From a virus (Duplodnaviria > Heunggongvirae > Uroviricota > Caudoviricetes): a DNA stretch of 64,000 nt. The DNA lies in IMG/VR virus record IMGVR_UViG_3300014208_000030, positions 40,076-104,075 of that record. One strand, given 5' to 3'. The notes under the pieces were generated by a model. It was not told where the DNA came from, ran no database searches, and worked only from the letters and a program-made list of their open reading frames with translations. How positions within the stretch are numbered: position 1 is the first letter of the stretch; each line of letters opens with the position of its first letter. Below, piece after piece: positions 36,372 through 45,859 of this stretch. A program made the translations under genes and the position numbers.

Positions 36372-37871
36372 ATGATGCTTACCGAAGAGAGCGGCTTAGA
36401 AAAAAAATGGGGCGCAATCCTTGATCACCCAAATATGCCCAAGATCAAAGATGCCTACCGCAGAAGTGTAACTGCTATCGTTCTTGAAAACCAAGAACAA
36501 GCAAACATCACAGAACGTGCAGAATTGTTTGAAACAGCTCCAGCCAACAGCGCGGGTAGTATGCCCAATACTGGTGGTGTTGCTAAATGGGACCCCGTAC
36601 TGATCTCATTGGTTCGTCGCTCATTACCACAACTGTTGGCCTATGACATCTGTGGCGTTCAGCCTATGACGATGCCTACTGGCCTGATCTTTGCCATGAA
36701 GTCGAAATATACGACTCAGGGTGGAACTGAAGCGATGTTTGATGAAGTGAATTCAGCATTCACTGGTACTGGCGCACAGTTCGGCACAAACCCATCTGCA
36801 CCATCAGCTATCACAGGTACTATTACTGTCGGTACTGGCGCAACTACTGTTGTCGGTGTGGGCACTGCGTTCTTAACTCAATTAAGCAAAGGTGCTGCGC
36901 TTTATTCAGCAGTTGGCGCATTCTTGGGTACAATCGCATCTGTTACCGATAACACAAACGCTGTACTGACTGCAAATGGTCTGTCTGCTGTTTCTGGTGC
37001 CGGTGCTCTTGCATACTCATACGGTGGTGCTGTTACTACAGCGGTTGGTGAAGATTTTGGTGGGGCGACAACTTTCCCACAAATGGCGTTCTCAATCGAA
37101 AAGACTACTGTCACTGCACAGACTCGTGCATTGAAAGCTGAGTACTCGCTCGAATTAGCACAAGATTTGAAAGCGGTTCATGGTTTGGATGCTGAATCTG
37201 AATTGACCAACATTCTGTCACAAGAAATTTTGGCTGAAATTAACCGTGAAGTTTTACGCTCAATCTACACAACTGCAGTACCTGGTGCTCGCGCTGGTGT
37301 GGTAACAACTGCCGGTCAATTCGACTTGGACTTGGACTCAAATGGTCGCTGGTCTGTTGAAAAGTTCAAAGGCTTGTTGTTCCAGATTGAACGTGACTGT
37401 AACGACATTGCTCAGACAACTCGTCGCGGTAAAGGTAACTTCATTATCTGTTCTTCTGACGTAGCATCTGCTCTGTCATTGGCCGGTAAATTGGATTATG
37501 CTCCTGCCCTGAATACTGATCTGAATGTTGATGATACTGCATCTACATTTGCCGGTATGCTGAACGGTAAGATCAAAGTTTACATCGATCCTTACTCAGC
37601 AAACTATGGTTCTGCAGTGCAGTTCTATGTTGCTGGTTACCGTGGCTCTTCACCATATGATGCTGGTATTTTCTACAGCCCATATGTGCCATTGCAAATG
37701 GTTCGTGCGGTTGACCCTTCCACATTCCAGCCTAAATTGGGATTTAAGACTCGTTACGGCATTACCGCAAATCCATATGCAGCCGGTAATGGTGCAGTTA
37801 TTCAGAGTGGTTTGGGCGATGCTAACTCAAATGTTTATTTTAGGAAAGTTCAAATTTTAAACCTTTCATAA
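36372..37871 (+). CDS. 23: Major capsid protein gp23
   Basis: DPVLISLVRR..P.L.AYDICGVQPM..PTGLIFAM, FSIEK.TV.A..RALKAEYSLELAQDLKAVHGLDAE, FQPK.GFKTRYG. Confidence 0.98.
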   Translation: MMLTEESGLEKKWGAILDHPNMPKIKDAYRRSVTAIVLENQEQANITERAELFETAPANSAGSMPNTGGVAKWDPVLISLVRRSLPQLLAYDICGVQPMTMPTGLIFAMKSKYTTQGGTEAMFDEVNSAFTGTGAQFGTNPSAPSAITGTITVGTGATTVVGVGTAFLTQLSKGAALYSAVGAFLGTIASVTDNTNAVLTANGLSAVSGAGALAYSYGGAVTTAVGEDFGGATTFPQMAFSIEKTTVTAQTRALKAEYSLELAQDLKAVHGLDAESELTNILSQEILAEINREVLRSIYTTAVPGARAGVVTTAGQFDLDLDSNGRWSVEKFKGLLFQIERDCNDIAQTTRRGKGNFIICSSDVASALSLAGKLDYAPALNTDLNVDDTASTFAGMLNGKIKVYIDPYSANYGSAVQFYVAGYRGSSPYDAGIFYSPYVPLQMVRAVDPSTFQPKLGFKTRYGITANPYAAGNGAVIQSGLGDANSNVYFRKVQILNLS

Positions 37872-37891
37872 TCAAGCACTTAGCGCAACTC

Positions 37892-37916
37892 AAAGGAGCC
37901 TTCGGGCTCCTTTTTT
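37892..37916 (+). terminator. UUCG-loop terminator of the late operon
   Basis: AAAGGAGCC-TTCG-GGCTCCTTT followed by a T run. Confidence 0.9.
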
Positions 37917-37950
37917 GTTTTATTCCTTCTTAATTAAAAATAAGAAGTAG

Positions 37951-39738
37951 TTACTCCGATACCCACCTCAACCTATATTTTCCAGAATCATATATTCTAT
38001 AGATATTGTTCACCAGCGCCAATTCGTGCTCAGTCTTATTCTCATCAAACTTAAGCTGTGGGTCGGTGGCAAATCTACTTTTTCTGTAATTGAATTTATG
38101 GTACCGCTTATCGTTAACAACATATTTGTAGTCTGGTCTTAGGTATGCATCTATAACAAACCCAACCTTAATATATGCATCGCCGGTGAACATATCCAGA
38201 TCAACAAAGGATATAACCTCAGATAATCTAGATGCTTTCAGTAATTTCCCAAACCCGCCAATAACTTTTTTTGTTGTTGCGTATCTAGTGAGTACATTCC
38301 CATGAAACAACATCACCGCCACAGTTTCTCCGCTATACTCCAATGTCATGCGACTGGTGCTACCGGCATTACCCTGTATGTGGTGCGCATCTAATATATC
38401 CTTACACACCTCTTTGTCTGGCCTTCGATTGATAGTACACTTCCTAGCAAATATGCGATCATCGCCAGTTAGTCCCATTGCATTTAATAGGAATCTTTTT
38501 ATTACATCGAACTTATATATGATGTCGTCCTCATATAGGTGTATCAATCGAATACCAACATCAGCGCACTTGAGTCTCTTCATCTCATGATATGCGTTGT
38601 CTTTATATACTTCGCTGTGCCAATAAACCCCATTTACCTCTATTGCCATGTTGAGTGATGGTATGTAGATATCCAACTCATATGGAGTAATTATCGATGT
38701 TACCGAACACTCAAATTCTATGCTATGTTCCTCTAAAAATTCTCTGAGTTTACGTTCATGCGAGGATACAGAATATCTAGTAGAAATATCTATGTTATGA
38801 CTTTTCAGATATCTACCAACTGTTCCGTCGGAGCACCCTAACTCTGCAGCCAGTTCATATGTTGATTTGCCCAGTGTAGTGTATTGCTCTTCTAGCCATG
38901 CGCTGTCTCGCAATAGATTTAGTGCGGCGACATTTTCTCCAAACCTAGCTTCAGTTAGGTTCCTAATCACAATATCGTGCTGTCGAAGATAGCTACGCAC
39001 AGTTCTAGGTGAGCAGTTTAGGTCTGCGCCTATGTCTTCCAGTGATCTCATTTTTATTAGATACTGATCTTCTAACCATTCCTTATTAGTGAGCGCGTCG
39101 GCAGTCGTTGTACTAAGCTGATTATCCGATCCACTCCTAGCAGTAATATTATGTTGCTTTAGGTACCGAGATACTACCCCTTTATTAGAACCTATTTCTG
39201 TGGCAATGTTATCTAATGTCCTTCCATCTTTTATGTATGCGGCATACAGCCAATCATAGTCTTCCAAATACACTAATACATCAATATTGGACTTGTTGTA
39301 TTGTCTGTCGGGTATATCATGGATAGCTAACCACCTATTAACAGGACCTATGCTACACCCAAGCTCTTCGGCAATGGTTTCCTTCGATTTCTTCTGGGCA
39401 ATTCTCTGCGCATACAGCCAATCTTTATCGGAAAGTTTAGCCAATATACCACTATCGACTGTTTTGTTCGACCTTGAGCACGTAGGGGAGCAGAATTGGG
39501 TAAATCCAAGCTTATTATCTTTCTTGTTCGCCATTACCGGCTCACCACAGACGCAGGACGGCAGTTCACCAATATTATTGGTTACGCAATAAAAACGGGT
39601 GGTCAGGGATGGTGCTATGGGATCGAGGAATTTGGTCGCGGATGTAAGACTAGCTACAAAATCTGCATGCTTGTTTCCCTTACAAACTTTCTGTGGTGTT
39701 AATTCGGTGCAGCTATTTTTTAATGCTTGGTCGTACAT
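37951..39738 (-). CDS. Second Hef-like homing endonuclease
   Basis: N-terminal CVCG...FCSPTC Zn motif, four HTH repeats, ELDIYIPS...AIEVNGVYWH, IFARKC, degenerate GNAT-like tail. Confidence 0.75.
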   Translation of the reverse strand: MYDQALKNSCTELTPQKVCKGNKHADFVASLTSATKFLDPIAPSLTTRFYCVTNNIGELPSCVCGEPVMANKKDNKLGFTQFCSPTCSRSNKTVDSGILAKLSDKDWLYAQRIAQKKSKETIAEELGCSIGPVNRWLAIHDIPDRQYNKSNIDVLVYLEDYDWLYAAYIKDGRTLDNIATEIGSNKGVVSRYLKQHNITARSGSDNQLSTTTADALTNKEWLEDQYLIKMRSLEDIGADLNCSPRTVRSYLRQHDIVIRNLTEARFGENVAALNLLRDSAWLEEQYTTLGKSTYELAAELGCSDGTVGRYLKSHNIDISTRYSVSSHERKLREFLEEHSIEFECSVTSIITPYELDIYIPSLNMAIEVNGVYWHSEVYKDNAYHEMKRLKCADVGIRLIHLYEDDIIYKFDVIKRFLLNAMGLTGDDRIFARKCTINRRPDKEVCKDILDAHHIQGNAGSTSRMTLEYSGETVAVMLFHGNVLTRYATTKKVIGGFGKLLKASRLSEVISFVDLDMFTGDAYIKVGFVIDAYLRPDYKYVVNDKRYHKFNYRKSRFATDPQLKFDENKTEHELALVNNIYRIYDSGKYRLRWVSE

Positions 39739-39740
39739 GT

Positions 39741-39790
39741 CAACTCCTGTTTATGTTGGTTACATTATACAGGAGTTGCTGTATTTGTCA
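39741..39790 (-). promoter_or_regulatory. Promoter whose spacer is complementary to its own RBS
   Basis: TTGACA-16-TATAAT; 10-bp IR CAACTCCTGT (39741-39750) / ACAGGAGTTG (39769-39778). Confidence 0.75.
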
Positions 39791-39794
39791 ATAC

Positions 39795-40214
39795 TTAATC
39801 GTTGGTTTTATTGTCCGGAAACCGGTAGAATGTCTGTACGGTTATACTCTTGATCTCTTCGCTGCAGCCAATGTATCGCGCATCACTTAGCCAATCAATT
39901 GACTCCGGTTCGCCATGTTTGCCACCACCATGCCAATAGTCCCATTCGACCCATTTGCCATCAGCAAGTCTTGTTGCTACAGACTCACACTCATAGTGTC
40001 GAGAGTCCGGAGCAGACAATCCAGTCTCTATTCCAGAGCACCGGAAGGCATCCGCATAACCATAGTTATCATCGAAGTCATTCCACGCATCGTCGATATC
40101 GTCTTCGGTTCGTAGCTTAACCCAGTCGTAGTCATCATTCAGTATGGCTTGTAGCAGTATCTCTCGCTTGATTGCTAACTCTGCCGATATAATCACTTCT
40201 TCTTCCATTCTCAT
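39795..40214 (-). CDS. Acidic hypothetical protein
   Basis: GGAG RBS; codirectional run. Confidence 0.6.
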   Translation of the reverse strand: MRMEEEVIISAELAIKREILLQAILNDDYDWVKLRTEDDIDDAWNDFDDNYGYADAFRCSGIETGLSAPDSRHYECESVATRLADGKWVEWDYWHGGGKHGEPESIDWLSDARYIGCSEEIKSITVQTFYRFPDNKTND

Positions 40215-40224
40215 CTCCTGTTGG

Positions 40225-40383
40225 TTAAAATCTTTCTAATTCAATATCAGCCAATTCGCGCTCTAAATCTCGTAGCTCCATCTCTAAATCTAGTATTTTG
40301 CTGTATGGGATATCTATGGCTGCAAGTGCATATTCAATATCGCCGATGCGCATATGTATCGATAGTTCTCTGTTGCTTGCCAT
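40225..40383 (-). CDS. 52-aa coiled-coil protein
   Basis: Manual translation MASNRELSIH...LEMELRDLERELADIELERF*; AGGAG RBS. Confidence 0.55.
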   Translation of the reverse strand: MASNRELSIHMRIGDIEYALAAIDIPYSKILDLEMELRDLERELADIELERF

Positions 40384-40550
40384 TATCTACTTCTCCTTTC
40401 TTTTGGGTATACATAGACGCCACATTTATTAGTGGTTGCTAGATTCCATGCGGCTACTCGGTACGTGTGATCAGCATCCACGGCAAAATTACGCAACTCA
40501 ACGTGCGTAAGCCAGATTAGCTTACATTGTTCTGGTGTTTCGAAGGTCAT
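40383..40550 (-). CDS. 55-aa hypothetical protein
   Basis: Manual translation MTFETPEQCKLIW...; overlapping stop/start on both sides. Confidence 0.5.
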   Translation of the reverse strand: MTFETPEQCKLIWLTHVELRNFAVDADHTYRVAAWNLATTNKCGVYVYPKERRSR

Positions 40551-40858
40551 CGTGGCTTCACCATAATTGCATTGCGCATGTTGTGTTTCTCTGTCGACCC
40601 AATGCCATATATGCCTCGTATTGTTCGGTATGATCCGCAGAATATCAATGATGTTCGTGAGTTTCTCTCGGCAAGGATATTCCTAAACTCATAGAATCCC
40701 ATCGATAGTGGGCGCTTATATGGCAATTTCATAGCTATTGGGTATTTGTCAGATTTCCAGCCACCATCATAGGTCGGAATACTAAAAACATCTACGATGA
40801 TTGCGTAGCGCGGCCTCAATAAATCCTTCCAAACTATGCTCTTTAATTTCTTGATCAT
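40547..40858 (-). CDS. Hypothetical protein
   Basis: ATGA overlaps. Confidence 0.5.
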   Translation of the reverse strand: MIKKLKSIVWKDLLRPRYAIIVDVFSIPTYDGGWKSDKYPIAMKLPYKRPLSMGFYEFRNILAERNSRTSLIFCGSYRTIRGIYGIGSTEKHNMRNAIMVKPR

Positions 40859-41259
40859 TTGAGTAGGACTCCAGATTTTATTAGTGCCAACTTGATGATT
40901 TCTTCCAGTTCTTCTAAATAATCAGGAATCATGTCAAAGTTATCCTCGTGGCTCCTGACGTATTCGAAAGCCTTGTCAAATATACCGATACTACTAAGTA
41001 ACTGGCACTCTAGGCGCAAATCTTCTTTCCATCGCACATGATATGCCTGTCGCCATGCGCTGACTTCTCGCGCCTGTTCCCTTATATCATCAGCATTTAA
41101 TATAACACGTTCAACATTCTTGGAGATTGCTTTTGCTGCGGCATGGCTACTACACTCATGCGCCACCCCACCAATATATGCATAGAATACTTCCTTCCTG
41201 TCATCTACTTGCGGCTTTGGGTATCTCTGATCATTCTCGTACGATGAATACATTAACAT
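40855..41259 (-). CDS. Hypothetical protein
   Basis: Codirectional ORF. Confidence 0.55.
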   Translation of the reverse strand: MLMYSSYENDQRYPKPQVDDRKEVFYAYIGGVAHECSSHAAAKAISKNVERVILNADDIREQAREVSAWRQAYHVRWKEDLRLECQLLSSIGIFDKAFEYVRSHEDNFDMIPDYLEELEEIIKLALIKSGVLLK

Positions 41260-41276
41260 AAATTTCTCGGTTTAAT

Positions 41277-41747
41277 TTAAAGGTTTATATTTCTGGCAAA
41301 TGCCAGTACGTCAGCGAAGAATACTTCCTTTGTATGATACATCGGTGCGCCGTAGTGTTCGCAAACAATCTCAACATTACCTTTGCGCCAAAAGCCATCT
41401 GGGCAGCATACGGTTAGCTTGCCACTACCAGCATATATACCCAGCTCAAGCAGAGACACTGGTGACAATGTGTTTGGCTGTAGATACATTAAGATCATTG
41501 TTGCATCGTGCATCGACTGAAGCTCCCATTCCACCTGTTCTCTGAAGTTATCGGCGTCCGCCGATTGCTCCCAGCTACTATCCCAATCATCTCGGCGTGG
41601 GTTCAGGAATGTTATGTTGGTATGGGCTAGCATATTTGCAAGTTCATCCTGCCAAGGTTCGGCCTTGCCCATCTCAATGGAACCGGCAAGAAATATACTC
41701 ACCGTGCCGTCTTTAGTAAATGGTTCTGGTGCTTTTATCATCTTCAT
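41277..41747 (-). CDS. Nucleoside 2-deoxyribosyltransferase-like domain protein
   Basis: IFLAGSI...WQ...FLNPRRDDWD...QVEWE...SPVSLLELG. Confidence 0.8.
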   Translation of the reverse strand: MKMIKAPEPFTKDGTVSIFLAGSIEMGKAEPWQDELANMLAHTNITFLNPRRDDWDSSWEQSADADNFREQVEWELQSMHDATMILMYLQPNTLSPVSLLELGIYAGSGKLTVCCPDGFWRKGNVEIVCEHYGAPMYHTKEVFFADVLAFARNINL

Positions 41748-42184
41748 CCGATTATCTCCGTCTGGTAAAGTTTGCAGTTGCGCACTAGGCGCTCATATTC
41801 CACGTAATCTCTATGGTACACCCCAACATCACTAAACACCCGCGCAATGTGCTTACCTAGCCAGTCACGGTCGCCTATGATATAGGGTGTAGAAAATATA
41901 AATAGCTGGCCATTAGATAGTGCGATATGTCCGCGAGTGTGGCGCACTACAAAGATGTCACTATGCATCTCTATCAGCCTGATGAATGCATCTTCAAGGT
42001 CTCTGTGTTGCTTTGGGAATGGGCTGACGTATGCATACACATTACCAGCATCACCACCCCAAACTTCACCAAGCATCAGGTATAGGTGTGCTGTTGTTAT
42101 GCCACGCCCACGATAAAATACTCTGGGATCACATACCTGCAAGACATTTTCATCCAGTCTGTCTTTGTCTAAATCATCTATCAA
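41744..42184 (-). CDS. Hypothetical protein
   Basis: First gene after the promoter TTGACA-16-TATAAT (42220-42247), GAGGAG RBS. Confidence 0.55.
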   Translation of the reverse strand: MIDDLDKDRLDENVLQVCDPRVFYRGRGITTAHLYLMLGEVWGGDAGNVYAYVSPFPKQHRDLEDAFIRLIEMHSDIFVVRHTRGHIALSNGQLFIFSTPYIIGDRDWLGKHIARVFSDVGVYHRDYVEYERLVRNCKLYQTEIIG

Positions 42185-42291
42185 TTAATTCTCCTCGCTC
42201 CGTGTTGTAATTTTCAAGAATTATACCACGTAACCCGTAATTGTCAAGGCATAAATAGTAGATAGCAACTTTTTAACAGGGAACAAACAAC

Positions 42292-43623
42292 ATGTCAATG
42301 ATTGGAAATCCTCTCATATACTCACGGGCACCATCATATATCGATTCTGGGAATGGTACATCGACCGCATTCACATTAAGCTGGATACCTGGGTCTGCCT
42401 CTGCAATCATAGTTGCTGTGTCTGGGCTTATCAAGAAGCCATCTGTAGATTACACAGTTAACTCAAACGTAGTGACATTCACATCACCACCGGCGATGTC
42501 GGCTCCGATAACCATGTTTGGTATTGGCGTACTGGGCACGGTGAATGTTCCTGCCGATGCATCCGTCACCTCAGAGAAGTTAGCTACCAATTTAGTAATG
42601 GGCGGAACGCTGGCGATGGGATCACAGTTTTCTAACAGAAACAGGTTCATAAATGGTGATTTATCCGTATGGCAGCGCGGCACTTCATTTACGGCATCCG
42701 GATACACTGCCGATCGTTGGAATGCCAGCATAGCAACATCCTCGGCTACAATAACAAGAGAGGCATTTGCATTAGGTCAGGTAGACGTGCCAAATGAGCC
42801 AGAATTCTATTTGCAGTCTGCGGTAACTACAACGTCAGCTGCCGGTGCCAATGTTGCGATCAGGCAGCGAATCGAATCTGTTAGATCATTTGCCGGACAA
42901 GAAGTTACGCTGAGTTTCTATATGGCATCACTGAGCACAACACCAGTCGCAATTTCATATTCGCAGAATTTTGGTACAGGTGGCACACCAACGGCGACTG
43001 TACAAGCCTATGCCGGTACAGTTACGCCAGTGGATGCCAACTGGCATCGATACTCGGTTACGTTCACATTGCCATCGATCATCGGGGCAACACTTGGTAC
43101 TGCTGGTGATGACTATCTCATGATAGAGATTTGGATGGATGCCGGTAGCACATTCAATACGGTCACGAATTCATTAGGGCAGAGAAGCGGTACTTACAAA
43201 TTCTCAAGCCTACAGATAGAAAGTGGCGCAATACCGACACCCTTTGAGGTTGTTCATAGGCACATTACCCTAGAGATGTGCCAGCGGTATTACCAAAAGT
43301 CATTCCCATATGCCACTGTACCGGCACAAAATGCTGGCGTAACCGGTGTAAGTAAATGGGTAAGTTCGGTTGGTGCGAGCACATCTACCGGCACACATGA
43401 TTTTGCGTTTCCTGTGCTGATGCGGGACACCCCAACCGTAACCCTATACTCTCCACTGGCAGCATCTGCACAGGCATATAACCACACAACATCGCTATCT
43501 GGATCGTCAACATCGGCGGCAGTGAACAGTCCAAGGACGTTTTCGCTAATCTATACGACAGATACGACATCAACCAATGGTAGTCGCTGGGTTATTCACT
43601 GGACAGCTAATGCCGAACTTTAA
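42292..43623 (+). CDS. Virion structural / tail-fibre-like protein
   Basis: RNRFINGDLSVWQRG...YTADRW...QIESG..PTPFE...LEMCQRYYQ; Thr/Ser/Gly-rich; CATAAATA upstream. Confidence 0.7.
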   Translation: MSMIGNPLIYSRAPSYIDSGNGTSTAFTLSWIPGSASAIIVAVSGLIKKPSVDYTVNSNVVTFTSPPAMSAPITMFGIGVLGTVNVPADASVTSEKLATNLVMGGTLAMGSQFSNRNRFINGDLSVWQRGTSFTASGYTADRWNASIATSSATITREAFALGQVDVPNEPEFYLQSAVTTTSAAGANVAIRQRIESVRSFAGQEVTLSFYMASLSTTPVAISYSQNFGTGGTPTATVQAYAGTVTPVDANWHRYSVTFTLPSIIGATLGTAGDDYLMIEIWMDAGSTFNTVTNSLGQRSGTYKFSSLQIESGAIPTPFEVVHRHITLEMCQRYYQKSFPYATVPAQNAGVTGVSKWVSSVGASTSTGTHDFAFPVLMRDTPTVTLYSPLAASAQAYNHTTSLSGSSTSAAVNSPRTFSLIYTTDTTSTNGSRWVIHWTANAEL

Positions 43624-43644
43624 TGTTCTTATTTTAAAATAAGA

Positions 43645-43938
43645 TTATGGGTGGTATTGCTTGAACAGCATCTCTGCTTTCAGGCTGGCATAGCTCACAC
43701 AATCTTCGACAGAATCTTTATGGTATTTGTCCTGCGACCATTGGCGAACATCTTTTAAATCCTGAAGCAGCAGAGCCACCTCTGCTGCTGTTATGTCTTT
43801 GCCAGTTTTAGCGTTAAAGATTATCGCCAGCTTTTCAAAACTGCGTTCGCCGGTGTCCTGCTCATATTCTGCGCCACGTTCTTTTTGTATGTCGATGGCT
43901 CGCTCCAAAAAGTTTACACTCTTCATTACTTTTTTCAA
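43645..43938 (-). CDS. DUF6378-like protein
   Basis: A.DI..ERGA.Y...ERSF..LA..FN...T..EV...L..LK..R...DS..D...Y. Confidence 0.6.
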   Translation of the reverse strand: MKKVMKSVNFLERAIDIQKERGAEYEQDTGERSFEKLAIIFNAKTGKDITAAEVALLLQDLKDVRQWSQDKYHKDSVEDCVSYASLKAEMLFKQYHP

Positions 43939-44384
43939 TCTATCTCCTCAATATCAAAATTGTCTTTGTTAATCACTAGCTTTACTATTTTTCTATGTAG
44001 TGGTGCCTTTAGGTAATCTCGCCCACCATCAATAAACACACTGCCATCTACCGATGTTACGTAGTCATGGCGGAATCTGCTGTAAATGACCTCACCGTCA
44101 TCAGCAACAACACCCATAATGCCATCTGTGAATGCAGATTCGCCATTACTGAGAACCCACTGCGGCAATGCTTCTTGAGTGCGATGTATGCCTAGGTAGT
44201 TGCTATGGCCTAGTTCTCTGTTTGGGTTTGCCTGATAGAATACCGCAACTGGGAAGTCCGACCATGCACCGTTAGCTAACTTCACACAAAAGTCACCAAT
44301 AAACTTAACGCCATAGGAATCTTCAATTCTGCTGATCTTAAATGGATATTGTGTTTTGGTCTGTGGCCTTACATATAGTTTCAT
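43935..44384 (-). CDS. Conserved phage hypothetical protein
   Basis: YSRFRHDYV..DG.VFIDGGRDY; start moved to the ATGA overlap at 44384. Confidence 0.6.
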   Translation of the reverse strand: MKLYVRPQTKTQYPFKISRIEDSYGVKFIGDFCVKLANGAWSDFPVAVFYQANPNRELGHSNYLGIHRTQEALPQWVLSNGESAFTDGIMGVVADDGEVIYSRFRHDYVTSVDGSVFIDGGRDYLKAPLHRKIVKLVINKDNFDIEEID

Positions 44385-44731
44385 TGGGCTTTCCATATGA
44401 TTCCAGTTTTGTATGCTCTCTCCTGTATCGAGCAAGGTGGTCGAGCAATATCCCAGCACAGGGTGTCGACGAATGCACATCCATTACACGAATTGTACGA
44501 GTCACCATCACTTGGGGATGGTTCTGGTACTGCAAGATATTGCACGCCATTGAGATAAAATGAGTCTTCAGACTCAATATATGAATCTTCGCGATTGTAT
44601 TGCGCTTCCATCTCGGCGAGAATGGTGCGCATATCGGCAATAGAAACGCCTATGTATGCCGTATCATCAGTAATACGGTTCTGCTCCTCAAATTCGACTT
44701 CAGTGCCGTCACTACTTATACTGTATTTCAT
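44381..44731 (-). CDS. Hypothetical protein
   Basis: Codirectional; C-terminal C.GCAF...C motif. Confidence 0.55.
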   Translation of the reverse strand: MKYSISSDGTEVEFEEQNRITDDTAYIGVSIADMRTILAEMEAQYNREDSYIESEDSFYLNGVQYLAVPEPSPSDGDSYNSCNGCAFVDTLCWDIARPPCSIQERAYKTGIIWKAQ

Positions 44732-44733
44732 AA

Positions 44734-45351
44734 TTATAATCCTTGGTTTCGTTGATATTGAGTCAATGCGACTGCTTTATATGCTGTGTCTTTCTCTTTA
44801 CGCTGAACTAAGAATGACTCAATCATCGCATAAACAAAGTCCGGTGATAGAAATTCTTCGGCACCGATGCTGGTCAGCTTAGGCTCTTTGCACAGTATTA
44901 ATTTGTCTTCATTATACCACATAAGGAAGTTAACGCAATCGAATTGCGCAAAACAATATGACGGGCATGCTCCGCTATTTGCCATGTCAAAACTGCGCTT
45001 TAGTAGGTCATTTTTAAATACCCGCGACAGGTTATCATATGTATGATAGTACCGAGTCATATTCAGCACACTGTTCTCATACTTGGCAATAAGGTAGAGT
45101 TTACCAGCAATACCGAGCACCATAGGTGTTACCTTGATGTATTCATTACTGGACTGATAGTTGACAAATGGCTCGATGTGTATATCGGCTGTCATTGCAG
45201 TACCAGTACCAATTTTTGCATCGAGTAAGCCTCGGCGATATCGCTTGAAGCAGTCTATATCGGTACGCATATGGCGCTTGTATACTGGTCTCTTTGCTGA
45301 GCCTTCAGCTAGATGGTCATAAAAGTCTGTATATTCGCTATCTATTTTCAT
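44734..45351 (-). CDS. Hypothetical protein
   Basis: Start placed at the ATGA overlap (MKIDSEY). Confidence 0.55.
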   Translation of the reverse strand: MKIDSEYTDFYDHLAEGSAKRPVYKRHMRTDIDCFKRYRRGLLDAKIGTGTAMTADIHIEPFVNYQSSNEYIKVTPMVLGIAGKLYLIAKYENSVLNMTRYYHTYDNLSRVFKNDLLKRSFDMANSGACPSYCFAQFDCVNFLMWYNEDKLILCKEPKLTSIGAEEFLSPDFVYAMIESFLVQRKEKDTAYKAVALTQYQRNQGL

Positions 45352-45842
45352 AATGTTCTCTTTGTAGGTAAATGCATCCATCCAATGACCGATGAAGTGA
45401 CACACCAGCCCTCGGCACAATCGGTAATCCAGTTTACTTCGCCATTTTCACTCGAATCAGCCTCATCAATATATTGGCGAGTGTATGCGACAGCAACCCC
45501 ACCATCATTATATAGGACAAGAACAGGCGGTGAGCACTGATCAGGATATCCATCATTTGGTATGGTTTGAGGTAATGCGGTATCTACCGGTGTCCATTCA
45601 GGATATGTGCCACCAAGAGCCTTGCTACCCACATCACATGGTACGACAGCATACTCGACTATTCTCGCGACCATATTGGGACTCCAGCCGAAATCATCTG
45701 GGAATCCGGTGAATGCGTAGCTACCATGACTAAATTTCATTATCACTACTTCATCTGCTCTACATTCTGGCACAACACCGGTATTAGGTGTCCACTCGGT
45801 TATGTTGCCAGCAATCTGGTCTAGGTTATCTGTGGTTATCAT
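45348..45842 (-). CDS. Protein with C-terminal DUF551-like domain
   Basis: WTPVDTALP...VLVLY...V.GWMHLP. Confidence 0.6.
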   Translation of the reverse strand: MITTDNLDQIAGNITEWTPNTGVVPECRADEVVIMKFSHGSYAFTGFPDDFGWSPNMVARIVEYAVVPCDVGSKALGGTYPEWTPVDTALPQTIPNDGYPDQCSPPVLVLYNDGGVAVAYTRQYIDEADSSENGEVNWITDCAEGWCVTSSVIGWMHLPTKRTL

Positions 45843-45859
45843 GATTATGTTTCATATTA

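Noticed and set aside
23537-37860. Alternative-frame and antisense ORFs within genes 17, 18, 20, 22 and 23
   Set aside because: They are shadows of conserved structural genes, produced by codon bias.
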